From positions 52,638,001 through 52,702,000 of the forward strand of contig OZ024747.1 of the NCBI GenBank assembly GCA_964016885.1: 64,000 nucleotides of DNA. The letters are read 5' to 3'. Made by a program: the position numbers and the translations under genes. The notes under the pieces were generated by a model. The model was not told the origin of the DNA. It worked only from the letters and a program-made list of their open reading frames with translations, and made no database searches. This document shows, piece by piece, positions 15,001 to 29,152 of this stretch (positions are counted from its first letter, which is position 1; each line of letters opens with the position of its first letter). Source of the DNA: Eledone cirrhosa (taxonomy: Eukaryota).

Positions 15001-18000
15001 GTAAAACAGAGAGAACCAGTACGTAGCACAGAGTCGGTGTAGAGTAAAACAGAGAGAACCAGTACATAGGACAGTGTTGGTGTAGAGTAAAACAGAGAGA
15101 ACCAGTACATAGCACAGAGTCGGTGTAGAGTAAAACAGAGAGAACCAGTACGTAGCACAGAGTCGGTGTAGAGTAAAACAGAGAGAACCAGTACATAGGA
15201 CAGTGTTGGTGTAGAGTAAAACAGAGAGAACCAGTATGTAGCACAGTGTTGGTGTAGAGTAAAACAGAGAGAACCAGTACGTAGCACAGAGTCGGTGTAG
15301 AGTAAAACAGAGAGAACCAGTACGTAGCACAGACTCGGTGTAGAGTAAAACAGAGAGAACCAGTACGTAGCACAGAGTCGGTGTAGAGTAAAACAGAGAG
15401 AACCAGTACATAGAACAGAGTCGGTGTAGAGTAAAACAGAGAGAACCAGTACATAGGACAGAGTCACTGTAGAGTAAAACAGAGAGAACTAGTACATAGG
15501 ACAGAGTCAGAGTAGAGTAAAACAGAGAGAACCAGTACATAGGACAGAGTCGGTGTAGAGTAAAACAGAGAGAACCAGTACATAGGACAGAGTTGATGTA
15601 TGGTAAAACAGAGAGAACTAGTACATAGGACAGAGTTGGTGTAGTGTAAAACAGAGAGAACCAGTACATAGGACAGAGTCGGTGTAGAGTAAAACATAGA
15701 GAACCAGTACATAGGACAGAGTTGATGTAGGGTAAAACAGACAGAACCAGTACATAGGAAAGAGTTGGTGTAGAGTAAAACAGAGAGAACCAGTACATAG
15801 GAGAGTCAGAGTAGAGTAAAACAGAGAGAAACAGTACATAGATCAGAGTCGGTGTAGAGTAAAACAGAGAACCAGTACATAGGACAGAGTCAGTGTAGAG
15901 TAAAACAGAGAGAACCAGTACATAGGACAGAGTTGGTGTAGAGTAAAACAGAGAGAACCAGTACACAGGACAGAGTTGGTGTAGAGTAAAACAGAGAGAA
16001 CCAGTACATAGGACAGAGTTACTGTAGAGTAAAACAGAGAGAACCAGTACATATGACAGAGTAGGTGTAGAGTAAAACAGAGAGAACCAGTACATAGGAC
16101 AGAGTCGGTGTAGAGTAAAACAGAGAGAACCAGTACATAGGACAGTGTTGGTGTAGAGTAAAACAGAGAGAACCAGTACATAGGACAGTGTTGGTGTAGA
16201 GTAAAACAGAGAGAACCAGTACGTAGCACAGAGTCGGTGTAGAGTAAAACAGAGAGAACCAGTACATAGGACAGTGTTGGTGTAGAGTAAAACAGAGAGA
16301 ACCAGTACATAGGACAGTGTTGGTGTAGAGTAAAACAGAGAGAACGAGTACATAGGACAGTGTTGGTGTAGAGTAAAACAGAGAGAACCAGTACATAGGA
16401 CAGTGTCGGTGTAGAGTAAAACAGAGAGGAGCAGTACGTAGCACAGAGTCGGTGTAGAGTAAAACAGAGAGAACCAGTACATAGGACAGTGTTGGTGTAG
16501 AGTAAAACAGAGAGAACCAGTACATAGGACAGAGTCGGTGTAGAGTAAAACAGAGAGAACCAGTACATAGGACAGAGTAAGAGTAGAGTAAAACAGAGAG
16601 AGCCAGTACATAGAACAGAGTCGGTGTAGAGTAAAACAGAGAGAACCAGTACATAGGACAGAGTCACTGTAGAGTAAAACAGAGAGAACTAGTACAGAGG
16701 ACAGAGTTGGTGTAGTGTAAAACAGAGAGAACCAGTACATAGGACAGAGTTGGTGTAGGGTAAAACAGAGAGAACTAGTACATAGGACAGAGTCAGAGTA
16801 GAGTAAAACAGAGAGAACCAGTACATAGGACAGAGTTGATGTAGGGTAAAACAGAGAGAACCAGTACATAGGACAGAGTTGGTGTAGAGTAAAACAGAGA
16901 GAACCAGTACATAGGACAGAGTCGGTGTAGAGTAAAACAGAGAGAACCAGTACGTAGCACAGAGTCGGTGTAGAGTAAAACAGAGAGAACCAGTACATAG
17001 GACAGTGTTGGTGTAGAGTAAAACAGAGAGAACCAGTACATAGGACAGTGTTGGTGTAGAGTAAAACAGAGAGAACCAGTACGTAGCACAGAGTCGGTGT
17101 AGAGTAAAACAGAGAGAACCAGTACGTAGCACAGAGTCGGTGTAGAGTAAAACAGAGAGAACCAGTACATAGGACAGTGTTGGTGTAGAGTAAAACAGAG
17201 AGAACCAGTACGTAGCACAGAGTCGGTGTAGAGTAAAACAGAGAGAACCAGTACATAGGACAGTGTTGGTGTAGAGTAAAACAGAGAGAACCAGTACATA
17301 GCACAGAGTCGGTGTAGAGTAAAACAGAGAGAACCAGTACGTAGCACAGAGTCGGTGTAGAGTAAAACAGAGAGAACCAGTACATAGGACAGTGTTGGTG
17401 TAGAGTAAAACAGAGAGAACCAGTATGTAGCACAGTGTTGGTGTAGAGTAAAACAGAGAGAACCAGTACGTAGCACAGAGTCGGTGTAGAGTAAAACAGA
17501 GAGAACCAGTACGTAGCACAGACTCGGTGTAGAGTAAAACAGAGAGAACCAGTACGTAGCACAGAGTCGGTGTAGAGTAAAACAGAGAGAACCAGTACAT
17601 AGAACAGAGTCGGTGTAGAGTAAAACAGAGAGAACCAGTACATAGGACAGAGTCACTGTAGAGTAAAACAGAGAGAACTAGTACATAGGACAGAGTCAGA
17701 GTAGAGTAAAACAGAGAGAACCAGTACATAGGACAGAGTCGGTGTAGAGTAAAACAGAGAGAACCAGTACATAGGACAGAGTTGATGTATGGTAAAACAG
17801 AGAGAACTAGTACATAGGACAGAGTTGGTGTAGTGTAAAACAGAGAGAACCAGTACATAGGACAGAGTCGGTGTAGAGTAAAACATAGAGAACCAGTACA
17901 TAGGACAGAGTTGATGTAGGGTAAAACAGACAGAACCAGTACATAGGAAAGAGTTGGTGTAGAGTAAAACAGAGAGAACCAGTACATAGGAGAGTCAGAG

Positions 18001-21000
18001 TAGAGTAAAACAGAGAGAAACAGTACATAGATCAGAGTCGGTGTAGAGTAAAACAGAGAACCAGTACATAGGACAGAGTCAGTGTAGAGTAAAACAGAGA
18101 GAACCAGTACATAGGACAGAGTTGGTGTAGAGTAAAACAGAGAGAACCAGTACACAGGACAGAGTTGGTGTAGAGTAAAACAGAGAGAACCAGTACATAG
18201 GACAGAGTTACTGTAGAGTAAAACAGAGAGAACCAGTACATATGACAGAGTAGGTGTAGAGTAAAACAGAGAGAACCAGTACATAGGACAGAGTCGGTGT
18301 AGAGTAAAACAGAGAGAACCAGTACATAGGACAGTGTTGGTGTAGAGTAAAACAGAGAGAACCAGTACATAGGACAGTGTTGGTGTAGAGTAAAACAGAG
18401 AGAACCAGTACGTAGCACAGAGTCGGTGTAGAGTAAAACAGAGAGAACCAGTACATAGGACAGTGTTGGTGTAGAGTAAAACAGAGAGAACCAGTACATA
18501 GGACAGTGTTGGTGTAGAGTAAAACAGAGAGAACGAGTACATAGGACAGTGTTGGTGTAGAGTAAAACAGAGAGAACCAGTACATAGGACAGTGTCGGTG
18601 TAGAGTAAAACAGAGAGGAGCAGTACGTAGCACAGAGTCGGTGTAGAGTAAAACAGAGAGAACCAGTACATAGGACAGTGTTGGTGTAGAGTAAAACAGA
18701 GAGAACCAGTACATAGGACAGTGTTGGTGTAGAGTAAAACAGAGAGAACCAGTACGTAGCACAGAGTCGCTGTAGAGTAAAACAGAGAGAACCAGTACAT
18801 AGGACAGTGTTGGTGTAGAGTAAAACAGAGAGAACCAGTACATAGGACAGAGTCACTGTAGAGTAAAACAGAGAGAACTAGTACATAGGACAGAGTCAGA
18901 GTAGAGTAAAACAGAGAGAGCCAGTACATAGAACAGAGTCGGTGTAGAGTAAAACAGAGAGAACAAGTACATAGGACAGAGTCACTGTAGAGTAAAACAG
19001 AGAGAACTAGTACATAGGACAGAGTCAGAGTAGAGTAAAACAGAGAGAACCAGTACATAGGACAGAGTCGGTGTAGAGTAAAACAGAGAGAACCAGTACA
19101 TAGGACAGAGTTGGTGTAGGGTAAAACAGAGAGAACTAGTACATAGGACAGAGTTGGTGTAGTGTAAAACAGAGAGAACCAGTACATAGGACAGAGTCAC
19201 TGTAGAGTAAAACAGAGAGAACTAGTACATAGGACAGAGTCAGAGTAGAGTAAAACAGAGAGAACCAGTACATAGGACAGAGTCGGTGTAGAGTAAAACA
19301 GAGAGAACCAGTACATAGGACAGAGTTGGTGTAGGGTAAAACAGAGAGAACTAGTACATAGGACAGAGTTGGTGTAGAGTAAAACAGAGAGAACCAGTAC
19401 ATAGGACAGAGTCGGTGTAGAGTAAAACATAGAGAACCAGTACATAGGACAGAGTTGATGTAGGGTAAAACAGAGAGAACCAGTACATAGGACAGAGTTG
19501 GTGTAGAGTAAAACAGAGAGAACCAGTACATAGGAGAGTCAGAGTAGAGTAAAACAGAGAGAACCAGTACATAGAACAGAGTCGGTGTAGAGTAAAACAG
19601 AGAACCAGTACATAGGACAGAGTCAGTGTAGAGTAAAACAGAGAGAACCAGTACATAGGACAGTGTTGGTGTAGAGTAAAACAGAGAGAACTAGTACATA
19701 GGACAGAGTTGGTGTAGTGTAAAACAGAGAGAACTAGTACATAGGACAGAGTTGGTGTAGTGTAAAACAGAGAGAACTAGTACATAGGACAGAGTTGATG
19801 TATGGTAAAACAGAGAGAACTAGTACATAGGACAGAGTTGGTGTAGTGTAAAACAGAGAGAACCAGTACATAGGACAGAGTCGGTGTAGAGTAAAACATA
19901 GAGAACCAGTACATAGGACAGAGTTGATGTAGGGTAAAACAGAGAGAACCAGTACATAGGAAAGAGTTGGTGTAGAGTAAAACAGAGAGAACCAGTACAT
20001 ATGACAGAGTAGGTGTAGAGTAAAACAGAGAGAACCAGTACATAGGACAGAGTCGGTGTAGAGTAAAACAGAGAGAACCAGTACATAGGACAGTGTTGGT
20101 GTAGAGTAAAACAGAGAGAACCAGTACATAGGACAATGTTGGTGTAGAGTAAAACAGAGAGAACCAGTACGTAGCACAGAGTCGGTGTAGAGTAAAACAG
20201 AGAGAACCAGTACATAGGACAGTGTTGGTGTAGAGTAAAACAGAGAGAACCAGTACATAGGACAGTGTTGGTGTAGAGTAAAACAGAGAGAACGAGTACA
20301 TAGGACAGTGTTGGTGTAGAGTAAAACAGAGAGAACCAGTACATAGGACAGTGTTGGTGTAGAGTAAAACAGAGAGAACCAGTACGTAGCACAGAGTCGC
20401 TGTAGAGTAAAACAGAGAGAACCAGTACGTAGCACAGAGTCGGTGTAGAGTAAAACAGAGAGGACCAGTACGTAGCACAGAGTCGGTGTAGAGTAAAACA
20501 GAGAGAACCAGTACATAGGACAGTGTTGGTGTAGAGTAAAACAGAGAGAACCAGTACGTAGCACAGAGTCGCTGTAGAGTAAAACAGAGAGAACCAGTAC
20601 ATAGGACAGTGTTGGTGTAGAGTAAAACAGAGAGAACCAGTACATAGGACAGAGTCACTGTAGAGTAAAACAGAGAGAACTAGTACATAGGACAGAGTCA
20701 GAGTAGAGTAAAACAGAGAGAGCCAGTACATAGAACAGAGTCGGTGTAGAGTAAAACAGAGAGAACCAGTACATAGGACAGAGTTGGTGTAGGGTAAAAC
20801 AGAGAGAACTAGTACATAGGACAGAGTTGGTGTAGTGTAAAACAGAGAGAACCAGTACATAGGACAGAGTCGGTGTAGAGTAAAACATAGAGAACCAGTA
20901 CATAGGACAGAGTTGATGTAGGGTAAAACAGAGAGAACCAGTACATAGGACAGAGTTGGTGTAGAGTAAAACAGAGAGAACCAGTACATAGGAGAGTCAG

Positions 21001-24000
21001 AGTAGAGTAAAACAGAGAGAACCAGTACATAGGACAGAGTTGGTGTAGTGTAAAACAGAGAGAACCAGTACATAGAACAGAGTCGGTGTAGAGTAAAACA
21101 GAGAACCAGTACATAGGACAGAGTCAGTGTAGAGTAAAACATAGAGAACCAGTACATAGGACAGAGTTGGTGTAGAGTAAAACAGAGAGAACCAGTACAT
21201 AGGAGAGTCAGAGTAGAGTAAAACATAGAGAACCAGTACATAGGACAGAGTTGGTGTAGTGTAAAACAGAGAGAACCAGTACATAGAACAGAGTCGGTGT
21301 AGAGTAAAACAGAGAACCAGTACATAGGACAGAGTCAGTGTAGAGTAAAACAGAGAGAACCAGTACATAGGACAGAGTTGGTGTAGAGTAAAACAGAGAG
21401 AACCAGTACATAGGACAGAGTGGGTGTAGAGTAAAACAGAGAGAACCAGTACATAGGACAGTGTTGGTGTAGAGTAAAACAGAGAGAACCAGTACATAGG
21501 ACAGAGTCACTGTAGAGTAAAACAGAGAGAACTAGTACATAGGACAGAGTCAGAGTAGAGTAAAACAGAGAGAGCCAGTACATAGAACAGAGTCGGTGTA
21601 GAGTAAAACAGAGAGAACAAGTACATAGGACAGAGTCACTGTAGAGTAAAACAGAGAGAACTAGTACATAGGACAGAGTCAGAGTAGAGTAAAACAGAGA
21701 GAACCAGTACATAGGACAGAGTCGGTGTAGAGTAAAACAGAGAGAACCAGTACATAGGACAGAGTTGGTGTAGGGTAAAACAGAGAGAACTAGTACGTAG
21801 GACAGAGTTGGTGTAGTGTAAAACAGAGAGAACCAGTACATAGGACAGAGTCACTGTAGAGTAAAACAGAGAGAACTAGTACATAGGACAGAGTCAGAGT
21901 AGAGTAAAACAGAGAGAACCAGTACATAGGACAGAGTCGGTGTAGAGTAAAACAGAGAGAACCAGTACATAGGACAGAGTTGGTGTAGGGTAAAACAGAG
22001 AGAACTAGTACATAGGACAGAGTTGGTGTAGAGTAAAACAGAGAGAACCAGTACATAGGACAGAGTCGGTGTAGAGTAAAACATAGAGAACCAGTACATA
22101 GGACAGAGTTGATGTAGGGTAAAACAGAGAGAACCAGTACATAGGACAGAGTTGGTGTAGAGTAAAACAGAGAGAACCAGTACATAGGAGAGTCAGAGTA
22201 GAGTAAAACAGAGAGAACCAGTACATAGAACAGAGTCGGTGTAGAGTAAAACAGAGAACCAGTACATAGGACAGAGTCAGTGTAGAGTAAAACAGAGAGA
22301 ACCAGTACATAGGACAGTGTTGGTGTAGAGTAAAACAGAGAGAACTAGTACATAGGACAGAGTTGGTGTAGTGTAAAACAGAGAGAACTAGTACATAGGA
22401 CAGAGTTGGTGTAGTGTAAAACAGAGAGAACTAGTACATAGGACAGAGTTGATGTATGGTAAAACAGAGAGAACTAGTACATAGGACAGAGTTGGTGTAG
22501 TGTAAAACAGAGAGAACCAGTACATAGGACAGAGTCGGTGTAGAGTAAAACATAGAGAACCAGTACATAGGACAGAGTTGATGTAGGGTAAAACAGAGAG
22601 AACCAGTACATAGGAAAGAGTTGGTGTAGAGTAAAACAGAGAGAACCAGTACATATGACAGAGTAGGTGTAGAGTAAAACAGAGAGAACCAGTACATAGG
22701 ACAGAGTCGGTGTAGAGTAAAACAGAGAGAACCAGTACATAGGACAGTGTTGGTGTAGAGTAAAACAGAGAGAACCAGTACATAGGACAGTGTTGGTGTA
22801 GAGTAAAACAGAGAGAACCAGTACGTAGCACAGAGTCGGTGTAGAGTAAAACAGAGAGAACCAGTACATAGGACAGTGTTGGTGTAGAGTAAAACAGAGA
22901 GAACCAGTACATAGGACAGTGTTGGTGTAGAGTAAAACAGAGAGAACGAGTACATAGGACAGTGTTGGTGTAGAGTAAAACAGAGAGAACCAGTACATAG
23001 GACAGTGTTGGTGTAGAGTAAAACAGAGAGAACCAGTACGTAGCACAGAGTCGCTGTAGAGTAAAACAGAGAGAACCAGTACGTAGCACAGAGTCGGTGT
23101 AGAGTAAAACAGAGAGGACCAGTACGTAGCACAGAGTCGGTGTAGAGTAAAACAGAGAGAACCAGTACATAGGACAGTGTTGGTGTAGAGTAAAACAGAG
23201 AGAACCAGTACGTAGCACAGAGTCGCTGTAGAGTAAAACAGAGAGAACCAGTACATAGGACAGTGTTGGTGTAGAGTAAAACAGAGAGAACCAGTACATA
23301 GGACAGAGTCACTGTAGAGTAAAACAGAGAGAACTAGTACATAGGACAGAGTCAGAGTAGAGTAAAACAGAGAGAGCCAGTACATAGAACAGAGTCGGTG
23401 TAGAGTAAAACAGAGAGAACCAGTACATAGGACAGAGTTGGTGTAGGGTAAAACAGAGAGAACTAGTACATAGGACAGAGTTGGTGTAGTGTAAAACAGA
23501 GAGAACCAGTACATAGGACAGAGTCGGTGTAGAGTAAAACATAGAGAACCAGTACATAGGACAGAGTTGATGTAGGGTAAAACAGAGAGAACCAGTACAT
23601 AGGACAGAGTTGGTGTAGAGTAAAACAGAGAGAACCAGTACATAGGAGAGTCAGAGTAGAGTAAAACAGAGAGAACCAGTACATAGGACAGAGTTGGTGT
23701 AGTGTAAAACAGAGAGAACCAGTACATAGAACAGAGTCGGTGTAGAGTAAAACAGAGAACCAGTACATAGGACAGAGTCAGTGTAGAGTAAAACATAGAG
23801 AACCAGTACATAGGACAGAGTTGGTGTAGAGTAAAACAGAGAGAACCAGTACATAGGAGAGTCAGAGTAGAGTAAAACATAGAGAACCAGTACATAGGAC
23901 AGAGTTGGTGTAGTGTAAAACAGAGAGAACCAGTACATAGAACAGAGTCGGTGTAGAGTAAAACAGAGAACCAGTACATAGGACAGAGTCAGTGTAGAGT

Positions 24001-27000
24001 AAAACAGAGAGAACCAGTACATAGGACAGAGTTGGTGTAGAGTAAAACAGAGAGAACCAGTACATAGGACAGAGTGGGTGTAGAGTAAAACAGAGAGAAC
24101 CAGTACATAGGACAGTGTTGGTGTAGAGTAAAACAGAGAACCAGTACATAGGACAGAGTCAGTGTAGAGTAAAACAGAGAGAACCAGTACATAGGACAGA
24201 GTCGGTGTAGAGTAAAACAGAGAGAACCAGTACATAGGACAGTGTTGGTGTAGAGTAAAACAGAGAGAACCAGTACATAGGACAGTGTTGGTGTAGAGTA
24301 AAACAGAGAGAACCAGTACATAGGACAGAGTAGGTGTAGTGTAAAACAGAGAACAGAGAGAACCAGTACATAGGACAGTGTTGGTGTAGAGTAAAACAGA
24401 GAGAACCAGTACATAGGACAGTGTTGGTGTAGTGTAAAACAGAGAGAACCAGTACATATGACAGTGTTGGTGTAGAGTAAAACAGAGAGAACTAGTACAT
24501 AGCACAGAGTCACTGTAGAGTAAAACAGAGAGAACTAGTACATAGGACAGAGTCGGTGTAGTGTAAAACAGAGAGAAACAGTACATAGGACAGAGTCGGT
24601 GTAGAGTAAAACAGAGAGAACCAGTACATATGACAGTGTTGGTGTAGAGTAAAACAGAGAGAACCAGTACATATGACAGTGTTGGTGTAGAGTAAAACAG
24701 AGAGAACTAGTACATAGCACAGAGTCACTGTAGAGTAAAACAGAGAGAACTAGTACATAGGACAGAGTCGGTGTAGAGTAAAACAGAGAGAACTAGTACA
24801 TAGGACAGAGTTGGTGTAGTGCAAAACAGAGAGAAACAGTACATAGGACAGAGTCGGTGTAGAGTAAAACATAGAGAACCAGTACATAGGACAGAGTCGG
24901 TGTAGAGTAAAACAGAGAGAACCAGTACGTGGCACAGAGTTGGTGTAGAGTAAAACAGAGAACCAGTACATAGGACAGAGTTGGTGTAGAGTGAAACAGA
25001 GACAATCAGTACATAGGACAGAGTTGGTGTAGAGTAAAACAGAGAGAACCAGTACGTAGCACAGAGTCGGTGTAGAGTAAAACAGAGAGAACCAGTACAT
25101 AGAACTGAGTCGGTGTAGAGTAAAACAGAGAGAACCAGTACATAGGACAGAGTCACTGTAGAGTAAAACAGAGAGAACCAGTACATAGGACAGTGTTGGT
25201 GTAGAGTAAAACAGAGAGAACCAGTACATAGGACAGAGTCGGTGTAGAGTAAAACGGAGAGAACCAGTACATAGGACAGAGTCGGTGTAGAGTAAAACAG
25301 AGAGAACCAGTACATAGAACTGAGTCGGTGTAGAGTAAAACAGAGAGAACCAGTAAATAGGACATAGTCGGTGTAGAGTAAAACAGAGAGAACCAGTACA
25401 TAGGACAGAGTCGGTGTAGAGTAAAACAGAGAGAACCAGTACGTGGCACAGAGTTGGTGTAGAGTAAAACAGAGAGAACCAGTACATAGGACAGAGTCGG
25501 TGTAGAGTAAAACAGAGAGAACCAGTACATAGGACATAGTCGGTGTAGAGTAAAACAGAGAGAACCAGTACATAGGACAGAGTCGGTGTAGAGTAAAACA
25601 GAGAGAACCAGTACATAGGACAGAGTCGGTGTAGAGTAAAACAGAGAGAACCAGTACGTGGCACAGAGTTGGTGTAGAGTAAAACAGAGAGAACCAGTAC
25701 ATAGGACAGAGTCGGTGTAGAGTAAAACAGAGAGAACCAGTACATAGAACTGAGTCGGTGTAGAGTAAAACAGAGAGAACCAGTACATAGGACATAGTCG
25801 GTGTAGAGTAAAACAGAGAGAACCAGTACATAGGACAGAGTCGGTGTAGAGTAAAACAGAGAGAACCAGTACGTGGCACAGAGTTGGTGTAGAGTAAAAC
25901 AGAGAGAACCAGTACATAGGACAGAGTCGGTGTAGAGTAAAACAGAGAGAACCAGTACATAGGACATAGTCGGTGTAGAGTAAAACAGAGAGAACCAGTA
26001 CATAGGACAGAGTCGGTGTAGAGTAAAACAGAGAGAACCAGTACATAGGACAGAGTCGGTGTAGAGTAAAACAGAGAGAACCAGTACGTGGCACAGAGTT
26101 GGTGTAGAGTAAAACAGAGAGAACCAGTACATAGGACAGAGTCGGTGTAGAGTAAAACAGAGAGAACCAGTACATAGAACTGAGTCGGTGTAGAGTAAAA
26201 CAGAGAGAACCAGTACATAGGACAGAGTCACTGTAGAGTTAAACAGAGAGAACCAGTAGATAGGACAGAGTCACTGTAGAGTTAAACATAGAGAACCAGT
26301 ACATAGAACTGAGTCGGTGTAGAGTAAAACAGAGAGAACCAGTACATAGGACATAGTCGGTGTAGAGTAAAACAGAGAGAACCAGTACATAGGACAGAGT
26401 CGGTGTAGAGTAAAACAGAGAGAACCAGTACATAGGACAGAGTCAGTGTAGAGTAAAACAGAGAGAACCAGTACATAGGACAGAGTCGGTGTAGAGTAAA
26501 ACAGAGAGAACCAGTACATAGGACAGAGTCGGTGTAGAGTAAAACAGAGAGAACCAGTACATAGGACAGTGTTGGTGTAGAGTAAAACAGAGAGAACCAG
26601 TACGTAGCACAGAGTCGGTGTAGAGTAAAACAGAGAACCAGTACATAGGACAGAGTCGGTGTAGAGTAAAACAGAGAGAACCAGTACATAGGACAGAGTC
26701 GGTGTAGAGTAAAACAGAGAGAACCAGTACATAGGACAGTGTTGGTGTAGAGTAAAACAGAGAGAACCAGTACATAGGACAGTGTTGGTGTAGAGTAAAA
26801 CAGAGAGAACCAGTACGTAGCACAGAGTCGGTGTAGAGTAAAACAGAGAGAACCAGTACATAGGACAGAGTCGGTGTAGAGTAAAACAGAGAGAACCAGT
26901 ACATAGGACAGAGTCGGTGTAGAGTAAAACAGAGAGAACCAGTACGTAGCACAGAGTTGGTGTAGAGTAAAACAGAGAGAACCAGTACATAGGACAGAGT

Positions 27001-28010
27001 CGGTGTAGAGTAAAACGGAGAGAACCAGTACATAGGACAGTGTTGGTGTAGAGTAAAACAGAGAGAACCAGTACATAGGACAGTGTTGGTGTAGAGTAAA
27101 ACAGAGAGAACCAGTACATAGGACAGAGTCACTGTAGAGTTAAACAGAGAGAACCATTAGATAGGACAGAGTCACTGTAGAGTTAAACATAGAGAACCAG
27201 TACATAGAACTGAGTCGGTGTAGGGTAAAACAGAGAGAACCAGTACATAGGACAGAGTCGGTGTAGAGTAAAACAGAGAGAACCAGTAAGAAGGGCAGAG
27301 TTGGTGTAGAGTAAAACAGAGAGAACCAGTACATAGGACAGAGTTTGTGTAGAGTAAAACAGAGAGAACCAGTACATAGGACAGAGTTTGTGTAGAGTAA
27401 AACAGAGAGAATCAGTACATAGGACAGAGTTTGTGTAGAGTAAAACAGAGAGAATCAGTACATAGGACAGAGTTTGTGTAGAGTAAAACAGAGAGAACCA
27501 GTACATAGGACAGAGTCGGTGTAGGGTAAAACAGAGAGAACCAGTACATAGGACAGAGTCAGAGTAGAGTAAAACAGAGAGAACCAGTACATAGGACAGA
27601 GTCAGAGTAGAGTAAAACAGAGAGAACCAGTACATAGGACAGAGTTTGTGTAGAGTAAAACAGAGAGAACCAGTACATAGGACATAGTCGGTGTAGAGTA
27701 AAACAGAGAGAACCAGTACATAGGACAGAGTCGGTGTAGAGTAAAACAGAGAGAACCAGTACATAGGACAGAGTCGGTGTAGAGTAAAACAGAGAGAACC
27801 AGTACATAGGACAGAGTCGGTGTAGAGTAAAACAGAGAGAACCAGTACATAGGACAGAGTCGGTGTAGAGTAAAACAGAGAGAACCAGTACATAGGACAT
27901 AGTCGGTGTAGAGTAAAACAGAGAGAACCAGTACATAGGACAGAGTCGGTGTAGGGTAAAACAGAGAGCCAGAATAGAGTAAAAGAAAGAGAACCAGTAC
28001 ATAGAGCAAG
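1..28010. repeat. 43-bp tandem satellite array (about 650 monomers, truncated by window start)
   Basis: Consensus GTACATAGGACAGAGTCGGTGTAGAGTAAAACAGAGAGAACCA repeats without interruption, with occasional 41-, 42- and 50-bp monomers. It ends in two degenerate units near 27960-28010. Confidence 0.99.
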
Positions 28011-28710
28011 CATGAGGAGTTAAAATACATAACCACAATACTTTAATCTATGTAAGTAGATCCTGCTTTGAAGTTCAACTTAGAAGAAAAGAGATATGGC
28101 CCTAGGCAAGATAAAAACATTTTACAAAAACATCAACAACAAAAAATAGAGAGAGGAGAAAAGAGATACAAAAAATAGAGAGAGGAGAAAAGAGATATTA
28201 TATTTTTGTATGTGTGTGTGTATGTATGAGTTAAGATTATCATTATTATCATTATTCATTTGTTCTTACAGGAATAGAGAAAGAGAGGGACAAAGAGGTA
28301 GAAAGAAAGAGAGAGAAAAAGAGTGGTTATATTGCTATTTTCTATAAAAGGCAAAAGTGTGAAGGAAAAGCTTAAGAAAATAGGTGGAGGAAGGAGAGAG
28401 AGTGAGGGGGGTGAAAAGCTAAGAACAAAGAAAAACTTGCACTGGCTTTTTTTTTTTTAAATAAAGATGGGGGGATGGGGGTTGGGTGGGTAGTTGTATG
28501 AAATATATACTTTGAGATTTTTTTTTTTTTTTCAAGAAGAATCTGTATTCACCATAAAGTATATAATGCCTGCCATATTTGAGGAGCTAACTGACTGATC
28601 TACTATGTGAGAAGAGAGAAAAATATCAAATTTCTTTATTATTCTTTTACAAGTTAAATAGTCAGGGACTGAGTAATGATATATATAGTGTGGAGAGTGT
28701 GTATGAGAGA

Positions 28711-28748
<38 letters not shown>

Positions 28749-28829
28749 GAGAGAGTGTGGTTATGAAAGAAAGATGTATAACACATCTCTCACTTATTTT
28801 TTTGGGAATTTAGATATATAAATTTATAT

Positions 28830-28833
28830 CATG

Positions 28834-28875
<42 letters not shown>

Positions 28876-29106
28876 TACATACACACATATGATCACATAC
28901 AACATACATTCACATACATACACATATACATACACACACATATGATCATATACATATATTTATATACACATACATACACACATGATCACATACATATATA
29001 TATATATATACACACACATATAATCACATACATACACACATGATCATATACATATATATATACACACATACACACATCACATACACACACACATATATAC
29101 ATACAC

Positions 29107-29137
<31 letters not shown>

Positions 29138-29152
29138 TATATATATATATAT
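28830..29152. repeat. Compound (TA)n/(CA)n/(CATA)n microsatellite
   Basis: Dinucleotide and tetranucleotide runs punctuated by recurring ATGATCA. Confidence 0.9.

Noticed and set aside
1-28010. CRISPR-like repeat/spacer array
   Set aside because: The variable parts are recurrent point variants of one 18-bp sequence, not unique spacers. There are no cas genes and the context is eukaryotic.
711-28038. Long minus-strand ORFs as membrane-protein genes
   Set aside because: They overlap in all three frames with the same peptide and are fully explained by the 43-bp period.
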